Shown: positions 9,614-18,931, counted from the stretch's first letter. The stretch is DNA of 53,175 nt from an uncultured Spirochaetaceae bacterium (GCA_964618015.1 CAZTZA010000001.1:1-53175), one strand, 5' to 3'. Program-made: numbers and translations. The notes: generated from the letters alone by a model not told the origin.

Positions 9614-10672
9614 ATGGCGGGTAGCACGGTCTCAAGCATGGATCAGGGCTACCGAGAAAACTATCGGAATGCCGTGGTGCTGGTGACTGGTGGTGCTGGA
9701 GCGATTGGCACGAATTTATGCGTAGAACTCGCTGACTGCGGCGCGGAGACCGTTATCGTCCTGGACGATCTGTCGGCCGGTTATCGCTGGAACGTGCCTG
9801 ATAGACCGAACGTGCTATTCGTCCCGGGGAGCGTGACAGATGATATCGTCCTCAGGCGTGTTTTCGCGGAATCACCTACTCACGTATTTCATCTTGCGGC
9901 TTTTTTCGCGAATCAGAACTCTGTTGACTATCCACAAAGGGATCTCCATGTAAATGGTCTCGGCACCCTCAAGGTCCTAGAATATGCGAAACTTTGCGGC
10001 GTACAGAGACTGGTATATGCATCTTCCGGCAGTTCCGTATATGGCAGTAAAGCTCCTCTTCCACTTACCGAAGACTTTATGTCGATGCATTTAAGCACAC
10101 CCTATCAGATCACTAAAATGATGGGGGAAATGTACTGTAACTTGTTCCATGACCACTACAATCTTCCTGTTGTAAAGGCACGATTTTTTAACTCGTATGG
10201 CCCAGGAGAGGTGCCAGGGCAGTACCGAAATGTGATTCCTAATTTCATCTATTGGGCGCTCAAAGGCGAACCGTTGACGATTACTGGGACTGGAGATGAA
10301 ACACGCGATTTTACCTATATAGATGATCTGATTGACGGTCTGCTTCGAGCTGGACAGTTCGAGGAAGCTATTGGCGCCGAGTTTAATTTGGCCGGAGGCC
10401 GTGAAACAAAAATCTCTGATCTTGCGTCAATGATCAATTCGGAGACAGGCAATACTGCCGGGATAAAATTCACTAAACGTCGTAAATGGGACACAGGAAG
10501 TCGGCGCTTAGCATCCATTGAGCGTGCAAAGACTCTGATCGGATATCAACCATGCAAAGACTTTAGAGAGGGTTTAGCGGAAACTGCCCGATGGTTCCGT
10601 GACAAATGGGAAGACATCCAATTGTCGGCATCATTCGCACCGGGTATGTCGTCGGCAGTCCGGAATCGCTAA
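9614..10672 (+). CDS. Extended-SDR NAD-dependent nucleotide-sugar epimerase/dehydratase
   Basis: 352 aa. Motifs are VLVTGGAGAIGTNL, YASSGSSVYG and YQITK (YxxxK). Substrate not assignable. Alternative start at M9 (MDQGYREN). Confidence 0.85.
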   Translation: MAGSTVSSMDQGYRENYRNAVVLVTGGAGAIGTNLCVELADCGAETVIVLDDLSAGYRWNVPDRPNVLFVPGSVTDDIVLRRVFAESPTHVFHLAAFFANQNSVDYPQRDLHVNGLGTLKVLEYAKLCGVQRLVYASSGSSVYGSKAPLPLTEDFMSMHLSTPYQITKMMGEMYCNLFHDHYNLPVVKARFFNSYGPGEVPGQYRNVIPNFIYWALKGEPLTITGTGDETRDFTYIDDLIDGLLRAGQFEEAIGAEFNLAGGRETKISDLASMINSETGNTAGIKFTKRRKWDTGSRRLASIERAKTLIGYQPCKDFREGLAETARWFRDKWEDIQLSASFAPGMSSAVRNR

Positions 10673-10713
10673 GCCCCGGAGTTTTTCGTGCGGTTCATTC
10701 ATATCGGCAGTCG

Positions 10714-12906
10714 ATGAAGCAACTTCTGCAAAATAACCGATCTGGGGATATCGGGGTTTCTGATGTTCCGGCGCCAATATGTAGCGAAGACCGGATATTA
10801 GTGTGTAATCAAGCTTCTCTTGTAAGCCTTGGCACGGAACGTTCTCTGGTGTTGTTGGGCAGGAAGAGTCTTGTAGGTAAGGCGCGTCAGCGCCCTGATT
10901 TGGTGCGTCGTTTTGCGGAAAAAGCGCGCCAGGAAGGAGTTGCTAAAACGATTCAAGAAGCAAGAGCTCGGCTGGATACACTGCGACCGTTGGGCTATAG
11001 CAGCTCGGGAGTGGTAATCCAGACGGGATCTGCGATTACGGGCGTTAGGCCGGGCGATCGAGTGGCGTGTATCGGTGAAGGGTGGGCGACCCATTCAGAA
11101 TCGGTGCTCATGCCCGGTACTCTTTGCAGTCGAATTCCTGAGGGTGTGTCGTGTGAGGAAGGAAGCTTTGGGATGCTTGGCGTTATCGCCCTGCACGGAG
11201 TTCGGAAGGCCCATGTAACGCTCGGGGAAACCGTCGTCGTAGTCGGCCTAGGTCTAATCGGATTGCTGACAGTACAGATTCTTCAAGCGTACGGATTTCG
11301 CGTGTTCGGCTATGACCTCGACCAGCGAAAATGCAAGATTGCCGCTGAGCTTGGCGTGTCCGCGGAAAGTGGTGATTGGGAAGCGTTCGCTGCACAGGTG
11401 GAGCAAAATACATCAGGGCACGGTGCCGACGCGGTAATCCTGACGGTATCTTCGAGTGATGCCAAACCAGTGAACCGTGGGATTCGTCTGCTACGGCAGG
11501 GCGGACGCGTGGTTCTAGTAGGAGTTGCTGATGTTCATCCTAACCGTCAGGAATTGTGGGAACGTGAGGCGGAGATTGTAGTCTCGAAGGCAGGAGGACC
11601 GGGCAGTTTCGATCCACACTACGAGCATCAAGGGATCGATTACCCATACGCTCCGGTTCGGTGGACACAGCAACGGAATCTCGACGAATTTCTTAGACTG
11701 ATTGAGTCTGGAAGGTTGGAAATAGGACCTATGATCACGCACCGTTGCCGAATCGATGAAGCAGCATCGGTGTATGAAGGTCTAGTTGACGGTCAAGATG
11801 AACTGACGATTGGCGCTGATATTACATACGGCTCCGTAGTCGCACCACAGAAGGCAACCTCGGTAATACAAGGTTCTGACAACGCGACGGTGACTGAGAC
11901 TCGAATTGACCGACCTGTAGTAGCGGTGTGCGGGGCAGGCACCTTTGGTCGCGCTCTCCTGCTGCCTGCGTTGCAGCGAGTGCCCGGGCTACGGCTCAAG
12001 ACGCTAGTGACGGAACGGGGAGGTGCCGCCTCCCACGTGGCAAAAAAATACCAATTCGAAAACCATTCGACAGATTTCGCTACCGTGCTCGTAGACCCCG
12101 AGATTGATGCGATAATCGTTGCGACACCACATCGTCTTCACGCGCAGATGGTCGCCAACGCCTTAGATGCCGGCAAGCATGTATTTGTAGAGAAGCCTTT
12201 GTGTGTAGACGAACAGCAACTCAAGATGGTGCAAGAGGCTTTTTACCGAGTGCCTTCTGCCCAGTCGCTCAATCTTACGGTTGGCTATAATCGGCGACAC
12301 TCGCGTCATGCTCTGTGGGCTCGAGAGGCTTTTGCGGGTCGCAGCACACCGATGGTGGGCCATTACCGAATTTCTCCTGGTTTTCTGCCACCCGATCATT
12401 GGGTTAACGATCCCGCTGAGGGTGGGGGTCGCGTCATCGGTGAAGCATGCCATTTCGTGGACTTACTTCTTTTCTTGACTGGGAGTGAGCCAACACGAGT
12501 GTATGCTGAACGAATTGACGCCAGTGGTACGGCGGCCGTGTCCAACGATAATTTTGTGGCGACCATTACCTTTGCTGACGGATCAGTCGGTGCCATCACT
12601 TATGCAGCAGTGGGTGATCGAGGTCACTCACGAGAGTATTTTGAGATATTTGCAGACGGCAAAAGCTTGACCGTACGCGACTTCCGGCGTTCTGCGCTCC
12701 ACGGCTCAGGTCGTCGTCGCCGATTCGTCACACGCGGACAGGATATGGGATACGAGGCGGAACTACGCAAGTTCTTTGATATTGTTCGATGTCCTGAACA
12801 CCTGAGAATTCACAGGAACGCTGAGGATCAGTTCCTGTCTACTTTGGCTACTTTGCGTCTAGCAGATGCCTTGCGTACCGGCAAGCCTACGGACCTGATT
12901 TCGTGA
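10714..12906 (+). CDS. Bi-domain oxidoreductase: MDR/Zn-alcohol-dehydrogenase-like N-half fused to a Gfo/Idh/MocA C-half
   Basis: The track start at 10606 lies inside the previous gene; the ATG at 10714 (MKQLLQNN) follows that gene's stop. The N-half has GDRVAC...VVVVGLGLIGLL. The C-half has VAVCGAGTFGRA...HVFVEKPL. Confidence 0.8.
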   Translation: MKQLLQNNRSGDIGVSDVPAPICSEDRILVCNQASLVSLGTERSLVLLGRKSLVGKARQRPDLVRRFAEKARQEGVAKTIQEARARLDTLRPLGYSSSGVVIQTGSAITGVRPGDRVACIGEGWATHSESVLMPGTLCSRIPEGVSCEEGSFGMLGVIALHGVRKAHVTLGETVVVVGLGLIGLLTVQILQAYGFRVFGYDLDQRKCKIAAELGVSAESGDWEAFAAQVEQNTSGHGADAVILTVSSSDAKPVNRGIRLLRQGGRVVLVGVADVHPNRQELWEREAEIVVSKAGGPGSFDPHYEHQGIDYPYAPVRWTQQRNLDEFLRLIESGRLEIGPMITHRCRIDEAASVYEGLVDGQDELTIGADITYGSVVAPQKATSVIQGSDNATVTETRIDRPVVAVCGAGTFGRALLLPALQRVPGLRLKTLVTERGGAASHVAKKYQFENHSTDFATVLVDPEIDAIIVATPHRLHAQMVANALDAGKHVFVEKPLCVDEQQLKMVQEAFYRVPSAQSLNLTVGYNRRHSRHALWAREAFAGRSTPMVGHYRISPGFLPPDHWVNDPAEGGGRVIGEACHFVDLLLFLTGSEPTRVYAERIDASGTAAVSNDNFVATITFADGSVGAITYAAVGDRGHSREYFEIFADGKSLTVRDFRRSALHGSGRRRRFVTRGQDMGYEAELRKFFDIVRCPEHLRIHRNAEDQFLSTLATLRLADALRTGKPTDLIS

Positions 12907-14123
12907 CCGTCCTGCTGATTACAGATTCCTTTCCACCTGAGGTTCGTTCGGCTGCCGAACTGATGCGTGAGCTTGCCAGGGAATTAGTAGTTCGTGGCCA
13001 TCGGGTGGTCGTTGTCACCTCATGGCCTCGTCATAATTCAGACAGTACGACCGGATTTGACGGGCTGAAGTCAGTGATGGACGAGGATGGCGTACGTGTG
13101 ATCCGTGCCCGCAGTCCAGCCCACCATAACGTCGGACGTGTGCGCCGCGGTCTGGCCGAGCTAGCGCTTAGGCGAGTGTTGTGGCGCGCGATACGAGAGC
13201 ATGTGTCTCCTCCGATTGACTCGGTATTAGTCTACAGTCCGCCGCTACCGTTGGCGCTGATTGGTGCTCGCGTTTCCCGCACGTACTCAGCGCAGTTCGT
13301 GCTGAACGTGCAAGATTTATTTCCTCAGAACGCCATTGATCTCGGGATATTGCGCTCGCGTCTGCTTATCCGTTTTTTTTCTGCGATGGAAAGACGTGCT
13401 TATCGTTCAGCTCAAGCGATTGTTGTGCATTCACCTGGCAACCGGGACGTGCTAGAAAGAAACAAATATTTACCAAGAGAAAAAGTACATGTTATTTCCA
13501 ATTGGATAGACGTCGAGCGGTTTCTATCCTGTCGCGGCACATATCGAACACTGTTCGGTTTAAACAACAGATTTGTAGTGCTTTTTGCGGGCGTCATCGG
13601 ACCATCTCAGGGATTACATTTAGTAATCGAAGCTGCAAATCTTTTACGGCATAAACCAAAACTACTGTTTCTCCTTGTAGGTGACGGAACCGAACGACAC
13701 AAGTTGCAGGCAGAGGTAGAGAGCCGAGGTCTAAAAAATGTAATGTTTCGGCCATTCATTTCTGCGGACCAGTATCCTGAGTTAGTGTCCTCAGCAGACG
13801 CCGGCCTGGTATGTCTAAGTGCCGACAATCAAACTCCTGTAGTGCCAGCGAAGATCCTTGGCTACATGGCTGGGGGTCTGCCAGTGATAGCGGCTGTACA
13901 GGCCAACAGCGATGCCCATCTATTGATCAAACAAAGCGGTTGTGGGTTGTCAGTAGTGTCCGACAAACCAGCCAACCTAGTTAGAGTGGTAGAAGAGGTT
14001 ATGGCGGATTCTAACCGCGCGGAGATGGGTGGTAACGGTCAACGTTACGCGCAGGAGCATTTATCGACGAGGGTATGTGTCGATCGATTAGAATCACTCC
14101 TCGGTGAAACCACTAATTGTTGA
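12903..14123 (+). CDS. GT-B glycosyltransferase (GT4, WcaI-like)
   Basis: 406 aa. The GTG start overlaps the previous stop (GTGA). It has the N-terminus LLITDSFPPEV and a C-terminal glycos_transf_1-like region VVPAKILGYMAGGLPVIA. Confidence 0.8.
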   Translation: MTVLLITDSFPPEVRSAAELMRELARELVVRGHRVVVVTSWPRHNSDSTTGFDGLKSVMDEDGVRVIRARSPAHHNVGRVRRGLAELALRRVLWRAIREHVSPPIDSVLVYSPPLPLALIGARVSRTYSAQFVLNVQDLFPQNAIDLGILRSRLLIRFFSAMERRAYRSAQAIVVHSPGNRDVLERNKYLPREKVHVISNWIDVERFLSCRGTYRTLFGLNNRFVVLFAGVIGPSQGLHLVIEAANLLRHKPKLLFLLVGDGTERHKLQAEVESRGLKNVMFRPFISADQYPELVSSADAGLVCLSADNQTPVVPAKILGYMAGGLPVIAAVQANSDAHLLIKQSGCGLSVVSDKPANLVRVVEEVMADSNRAEMGGNGQRYAQEHLSTRVCVDRLESLLGETTNC

Positions 14124-14321
14124 CGGCGCTTCTATGCGGAATCTCCTTAGGAAAATGTCAGTTGTCTTGATAGGGCTACCTCTTAGAAATTATTGATCAC
14201 ATAAATAGTCCGGTAGGGTTTTGCTCAAAGTTGCTGACCCCTATCTATTCAATCCACAATACGGGCGTGGCGGCACACGAGCACTAAATTAGATATATAA
14301 ATAAGCTGTTTGGGTTGTTTT

Positions 14322-15461
14322 TTAGATGCGAATTGCATCGGAGAGCACGTGGACTGTTTCGGAGGCTGTCTTATCCCAGTCGAAAGACGCAGCGCGGTGA
14401 CGTGCTGAGGATGAAAATTTTGAGATTGTAGGGTTGCTCGCCTCGCGTAAACGTACGGTCGCATCAGCCAGGGCGGAAAAGTCACCGGGGGAGTAATACA
14501 GTGCATGTTCCGCCAGAATTTCGGGTAGACATGACGAGTTGGTAGCTACAATCTTGCAACCGGTACTAAGTGCCTCAATTGCGATGTTGCAAAATGTTTC
14601 CATTCTTGTGGTTAGCAAGAATGAGGAGCAATTCCGGAAGCACCAATAAAGCTCTCGTCGAGGCAGATTTCCGGTCCAGACCACCTGGTCAGAAATATCA
14701 AGCTGGCGACAAAGATTCTTTAACTTTAATGCGTATCGATCCATACGCGGGATTACGTGGCCGGCGATGACTAAAGTATCGATGACATTATGGTGATCAC
14801 GTAGTGCTGCTATGGCGAGTAAAGCGTCCTCCAACCCGCGTCCCGGTCGAATAGCACCAGCTGTCAGCAAGAATTCGGGCCGGGGTCCAAGCTTCTTAAT
14901 GGCCACAGGTGGTTGTTCATGCTCGTCTCCGGCGCCTGAGTCATCGCTTCCATAGTGCACCACAGCAATCTTCTTTGCTGCAACTTTTTCATGCTCAATG
15001 AGAAAATTTTGGACGAATGTCGTGGGAACTATGATCTTTTTCGTAACTGAGAACATGTGACGAGCATCGAAGCGTCGAGCGATAGTTTTTGCATTTTCGA
15101 CAACCGAATACTGACGAATATTTTCGATAAAGGGATCCAAGTTTCGGAAAAGATTTACTACGGGAGCAGCTCGATAGAGCAATGTTCGTTCCGTCGGGAC
15201 AAATATGACGTCAGGGGAAAATCGGGCAATTTCCGCTATAACAGTAGCAGGCGATCGTAACAGGGGAGATGGCGTATATTCAAAGAAATTTAACGTGTTT
15301 TCAAAGGAAAGCCAGGATGAGGCGTGCCAGGATCGTGGAGTAATGCATTGCAAGGCGTGGACAGAAGAATCGTTAGTGATGCGGGGTACCATTGCTTGCA
15401 GGTACTTGCGGTAGCCTCCGCTGATACCGCCGGCCGTCTTGTTGAAGAGCGTAATTCTCAT
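14322..15461 (-). CDS. GT-B glycosyltransferase (GT4/GT1 superfamily)
   Basis: The ATG at 15461 (MRITLFNKTAGG) is preferred over the track start at 15551. The C-terminal domain RMETFCNIAIEALSTGCKIVATN...LPEI is E-x7-E-like. Confidence 0.75.
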   Translation of the reverse strand: MRITLFNKTAGGISGGYRKYLQAMVPRITNDSSVHALQCITPRSWHASSWLSFENTLNFFEYTPSPLLRSPATVIAEIARFSPDVIFVPTERTLLYRAAPVVNLFRNLDPFIENIRQYSVVENAKTIARRFDARHMFSVTKKIIVPTTFVQNFLIEHEKVAAKKIAVVHYGSDDSGAGDEHEQPPVAIKKLGPRPEFLLTAGAIRPGRGLEDALLAIAALRDHHNVIDTLVIAGHVIPRMDRYALKLKNLCRQLDISDQVVWTGNLPRRELYWCFRNCSSFLLTTRMETFCNIAIEALSTGCKIVATNSSCLPEILAEHALYYSPGDFSALADATVRLREASNPTISKFSSSARHRAASFDWDKTASETVHVLSDAIRI

Positions 15462-15920
15462 AAGGATTTCTCTGGGCGACGGATTTCGGAGCGCTCGTAT
15501 GGACAAATGAGCACCTTTGGCTTTGCAGTAGGCGGTCTGGATATCGTCCATTGTCTATCGAGCGGCATTGCAACTGGTATATCCGCCTGCATCATTAGCG
15601 ATCATAGCCTCAAGGATATGGGCGGGGAAATGGAATAGTGCTTTTGTCTATTCCCTTGAAGTTTCTTGGCTCAGGAACCGTTTAATAGGCGCTCATGCAT
15701 TTGTCTAGGGGAATTGTTCTGATTTCATGGTTGACGAAGTCATCAGCCTATATCACGATTTCGTTGGCTGCCGCCGCAGTAGAACCGATCACTTCGTGCC
15801 TACGAAAATCCGCTAGCTTTGTGCTCAATTAGTGAGGAAATAGCAGGTGATTGGTATTTTTGAGGCATTAATATGTCTGCGATTAGCTATGGACTGCTGA
15901 TCTAGGAGGGACGCAATTCG

Positions 15921-17039
15921 ATGAGGGTACCGCTATTAGATCTGAAGTCGCAGTACGCGGGGATCAAGGGGAAGGTTGACGCTGCTGTGGCCGAGGTGTT
16001 CGCGTCTCAGCGGTTTGTGCTTGGCCAACAAGTTGAAGCGTGCGAAGCGGCTATCGCTGAATATGCCGGATGCACTTATGCTGTAGGTGTCGGATCAGGG
16101 ACGGACGCAATACTCGCGGCATTAATGGCCGAAGGGATCGGCCGTGGTGACGAGGTGATTACTACTCCGTACACTTTTTTTTCGACTGCGGGGTGTATTG
16201 CACGGCTTGGTGCAAAGCCCGTTTTCGTCGACATCAATCCCCTTACTTACAATATAGAACCAAGACATTTGGAGTCTCGGATTACGAATGCCACTCGAGC
16301 GATAGTCCCGGTGCACTTGTATGGGCAAATGGCTCCAATGGGCGCAATCATGGATGTTGCGAGGAAGTATCAGCTCAGCGTTATCGAGGATGCGGCTCAA
16401 GCTATCGGTGCTGATGATGAAGGCAACCGAGCTGGCACGGTGGGTGACTATGGCTGCTTTTCATTTTACCCGTCCAAGAATCTAAGCGGTGCTGGTGATG
16501 GTGGTATGGTAATAACAGATGATCCGGAGCGCGCGGCGTTGTTGAGAAGGATCCGAAATCATGGAGCCGAGCCCAAATATCACCACACTTGTATTGGCGG
16601 CAACTTTCGGCTAGACGAACTACAAGCCGCAGTTGTTCGCACGAAACTGCCGTATCTTGATGAGTGGATAACACAACGGCAGGCTAATGCCGAGCGATAT
16701 AACAATCTGCTGCGGGACGCCGGGGTTACCGAAAACGATGGTGTTAGGGTGCCGCGGATTGTGACGAATAGGCACGTGTTCAATCAGTATGTCATCCGAC
16801 TGCAAGACCGTGATGATGCCCGCCGGTATCTTCTAGAACAGGGGATAGGCTGTGAGGTGTACTACCCGTCACCATTACACCTGCAACCTTGCTTCGCTTA
16901 TCTGGAGTATGAAGAAGGTGACTATCCAGAAAGCGAAGCGGCAGCACGGAATACCTTAGCCCTACCAATCTATCCAGAACTCACCGATATACAGGCGAGA
17001 CAGGTGGTGCAAACGATAAGAAATTTCGTTCTTGGGTGA
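15921..17039 (+). CDS. DegT/DnrJ/EryC1/StrS-family PLP sugar aminotransferase (WbpE/WlbC-like pattern)
   Basis: 372 aa with a GGAGGG SD upstream. Motifs are GSGTDAI, VIEDAAQAIG, SFYPSKNL (catalytic Lys) and RNHG...YHH. Confidence 0.85.
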   Translation: MRVPLLDLKSQYAGIKGKVDAAVAEVFASQRFVLGQQVEACEAAIAEYAGCTYAVGVGSGTDAILAALMAEGIGRGDEVITTPYTFFSTAGCIARLGAKPVFVDINPLTYNIEPRHLESRITNATRAIVPVHLYGQMAPMGAIMDVARKYQLSVIEDAAQAIGADDEGNRAGTVGDYGCFSFYPSKNLSGAGDGGMVITDDPERAALLRRIRNHGAEPKYHHTCIGGNFRLDELQAAVVRTKLPYLDEWITQRQANAERYNNLLRDAGVTENDGVRVPRIVTNRHVFNQYVIRLQDRDDARRYLLEQGIGCEVYYPSPLHLQPCFAYLEYEEGDYPESEAAARNTLALPIYPELTDIQARQVVQTIRNFVLG

Positions 17040-17108
17040 GTTTAGATGAATGAAATATAGGGAACATCATATGGAAACATTTCTTATTACTAACCAGAGA
17101 TTTACGGT

Positions 17109-17548
17109 ATGAACGCGAAGTACCATTCTCATCCGACTGCTATCATCGACCTCCCGTGCTCGATCGGATCAGATACGAAGTCTGGCATTTTTGTCACGTA
17201 AAAGTTCAGTCTTCACAGGTGTCGAGCTGGAAGATGACGTTTTTTGTGGTCCAGCGGCATCATCTATACGAGCGGACATTGGTCCGTCGGGGAGCTACGA
17301 CAGGTGCAAACGCTTCTGTCGTCTGTGGCATAACGATTGGCCGCTACGCATTTATCGGGGCTGGTGCTGTGGTTGTTAGGGACGTGCCTGACTACGCTTT
17401 AATGATAGACGTGCCGGCTAAGCGGTGCGGGTGGATGAGCCGTCATGGTCAGCGGTTGATCCCATCAGACACTGGCGTCATGAGTTGCGCCGAAAGCGGT
17501 TGGCGTTATCGTGAAGTGACTTCCGATCAATTATCTTGTTTAGAATAG
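17109..17548 (+). pseudogene. Degraded WbpD/WlbB-type left-handed-beta-helix (hexapeptide) N-acetyltransferase
   Basis: Homologous pieces lie in three frames. ATG 17109 gives MNAKYHSHPTAIIDLPCSIGSDTK then a stop at 17199. The 17156 frame gives VWHFCHV..KVQSS and later YERTLVRRGATTGANASVVCGITIGRYAFIGAGAVVVRDVPDYALMIDVPAKRCGWMS. The 17191 frame gives SVFTGVELEDDVFCGP. The total span is ~146 codons, against roughly 190-210 aa as I recall for intact family members. Confidence 0.75.
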
Positions 17549-17623
17549 AAGGGAGCCACCTCGCTGATAGGCTCTATAGATTAGTTGCGTGGTCGCTCAT
17601 CAGAGGTTATTAGTTTACGCGGC

Positions 17624-18931
17624 CTATGGTGGCGCCGCACCGGCTATAAGATCGAGATCATGAGATAATTGCTTTGCTCGTCGCGGGTAACTGCATTCTT
17701 CTACAAAGGATTCACATCCTTTGAATGGAACGTATCCGAGTTCTTGGTATTGGCTAAACCATTTTCGAAGGGCATTTTTTACATCCATTAGCTCTGGACA
17801 ATACAAACCGAATCGGCCTTGGCTTAGCATGTCTTCTCGCAGGTCTCCTCGATGGCCACCGGTTGCGAGTATTGGTCTCCTTGCACCGATATAGTCGAAT
17901 GTTTTCTGCATGATAATTCCTCCTCTTGCCCTTTTGTCTTCCCAGTTGAACAAGAGTAGTAGCTGAGATTCCCTTTGTCGTTCCGCAACCGCTGATCGTG
18001 AAATCATTCCGTACTGATCCACAATATGACCTATACCTAATGACTCAGCTTCCCAATCAATGCTGATTTCCAATGGCCCATAGAATCGTAGGCGAACCAA
18101 TTCTTCAGGAATCGCCCCCTCGGATATTAGGTCACTCAGTGCGCAAAGTACCAAAGAGGGATTCTGCTTCCCAGCATAAATACGTCCGGTATAGGTTATC
18201 GTAAATTTATCTATTACTCGGGTCCTCAGTTCTTGATACCACCGTGGGTCAAATCCATTACGAAGCTCTGCTACTGGTGTTCCCCGGTGGAGGCGGGTCA
18301 GGTCTTCAACGAACGTAGGAGTTACTGTAAGCATCGTTGTCGCGCCCTTAAGCGTCGCAATTTCTAGGCGTCGTTCAATTAGCCGGCGAATTCTTGAAAA
18401 CCGGTAAACATGATTTTGTGTCCAGAGGTCGCGAAAATCCGCCATCCATGGTAATCCAGTCCTTTCTTGTAGTATCGATGCGACTAAATGACTCGTAACT
18501 GGAGAAGAACTACTAAGAAGGGCATCAAAGCGCTCTTTCTCAATTAATTTCTGGCAGGCAGTGACTGCTGGAATGACCCAATGCTTGTCGCTATCTGGGA
18601 ACCAATAGATCTGGTCCACAATCAATTCGTATATACGACGAATACGATGGTACACCGACCGTCCTATTTTCCATATAGGGGATCGTAATTCACGCTTGTT
18701 CGATAGCGAGGCAGCGATGTTGTGTAAAAGGTCGCGTTTTCTCTTGTAACAAGTGGTCTCTACGATGGAAGTACCCGAAAGCCTGTGCTTGCTCAGTTGG
18801 ATGGATTCTTTCTGGTCAAGTGGCGGTGTCACAATAGTGGCATCCCAACCAAAATCTCGGAGGTAATCAGAAATTCCAGGAAACCGTGGAGATGATTGAA
18901 TTAGGTCAGTGATGATTAAAACGCGCTTCAC
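17624..18931 (-). CDS. GT-B-like glycosyltransferase, divergent family (paralogue 1)
   Basis: 435 aa with a GTG start. It shares KRVLII, FGWD..IVT.PL, SSSSPV, ADFRDLWTQNH, FTITYTGRIY and LLLLFNW blocks with the next gene. The C-terminal KTFDYIGARRPILATGG resembles a GT-B donor-binding helix. Confidence 0.6.
   Translation of the reverse strand: MKRVLIITDLIQSSPRFPGISDYLRDFGWDATIVTPPLDQKESIQLSKHRLSGTSIVETTCYKRKRDLLHNIAASLSNKRELRSPIWKIGRSVYHRIRRIYELIVDQIYWFPDSDKHWVIPAVTACQKLIEKERFDALLSSSSPVTSHLVASILQERTGLPWMADFRDLWTQNHVYRFSRIRRLIERRLEIATLKGATTMLTVTPTFVEDLTRLHRGTPVAELRNGFDPRWYQELRTRVIDKFTITYTGRIYAGKQNPSLVLCALSDLISEGAIPEELVRLRFYGPLEISIDWEAESLGIGHIVDQYGMISRSAVAERQRESQLLLLFNWEDKRARGGIIMQKTFDYIGARRPILATGGHRGDLREDMLSQGRFGLYCPELMDVKNALRKWFSQYQELGYVPFKGCESFVEECSYPRRAKQLSHDLDLIAGAAPP

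Noticed and set aside
10606-10713. Upstream extension of the bi-domain oxidoreductase ORF, which would overlap the SDR gene by 67 nt
   Set aside because: The extension has no similarity to the ADH-like N-terminus. The ATG at 10714 follows the upstream stop and begins the conserved region.
13373-13380. T8/A8 homopolymers inside glycan genes (13373-13380, 16175-16182, 7704-7711) as phase-variation switches
   Set aside because: Each simply encodes Phe-Phe(-Ser/Leu) in frame within conserved regions. The tracts are short and there is no evidence of frameshifted copies. The G5 at 50366-50370 is treated separately.
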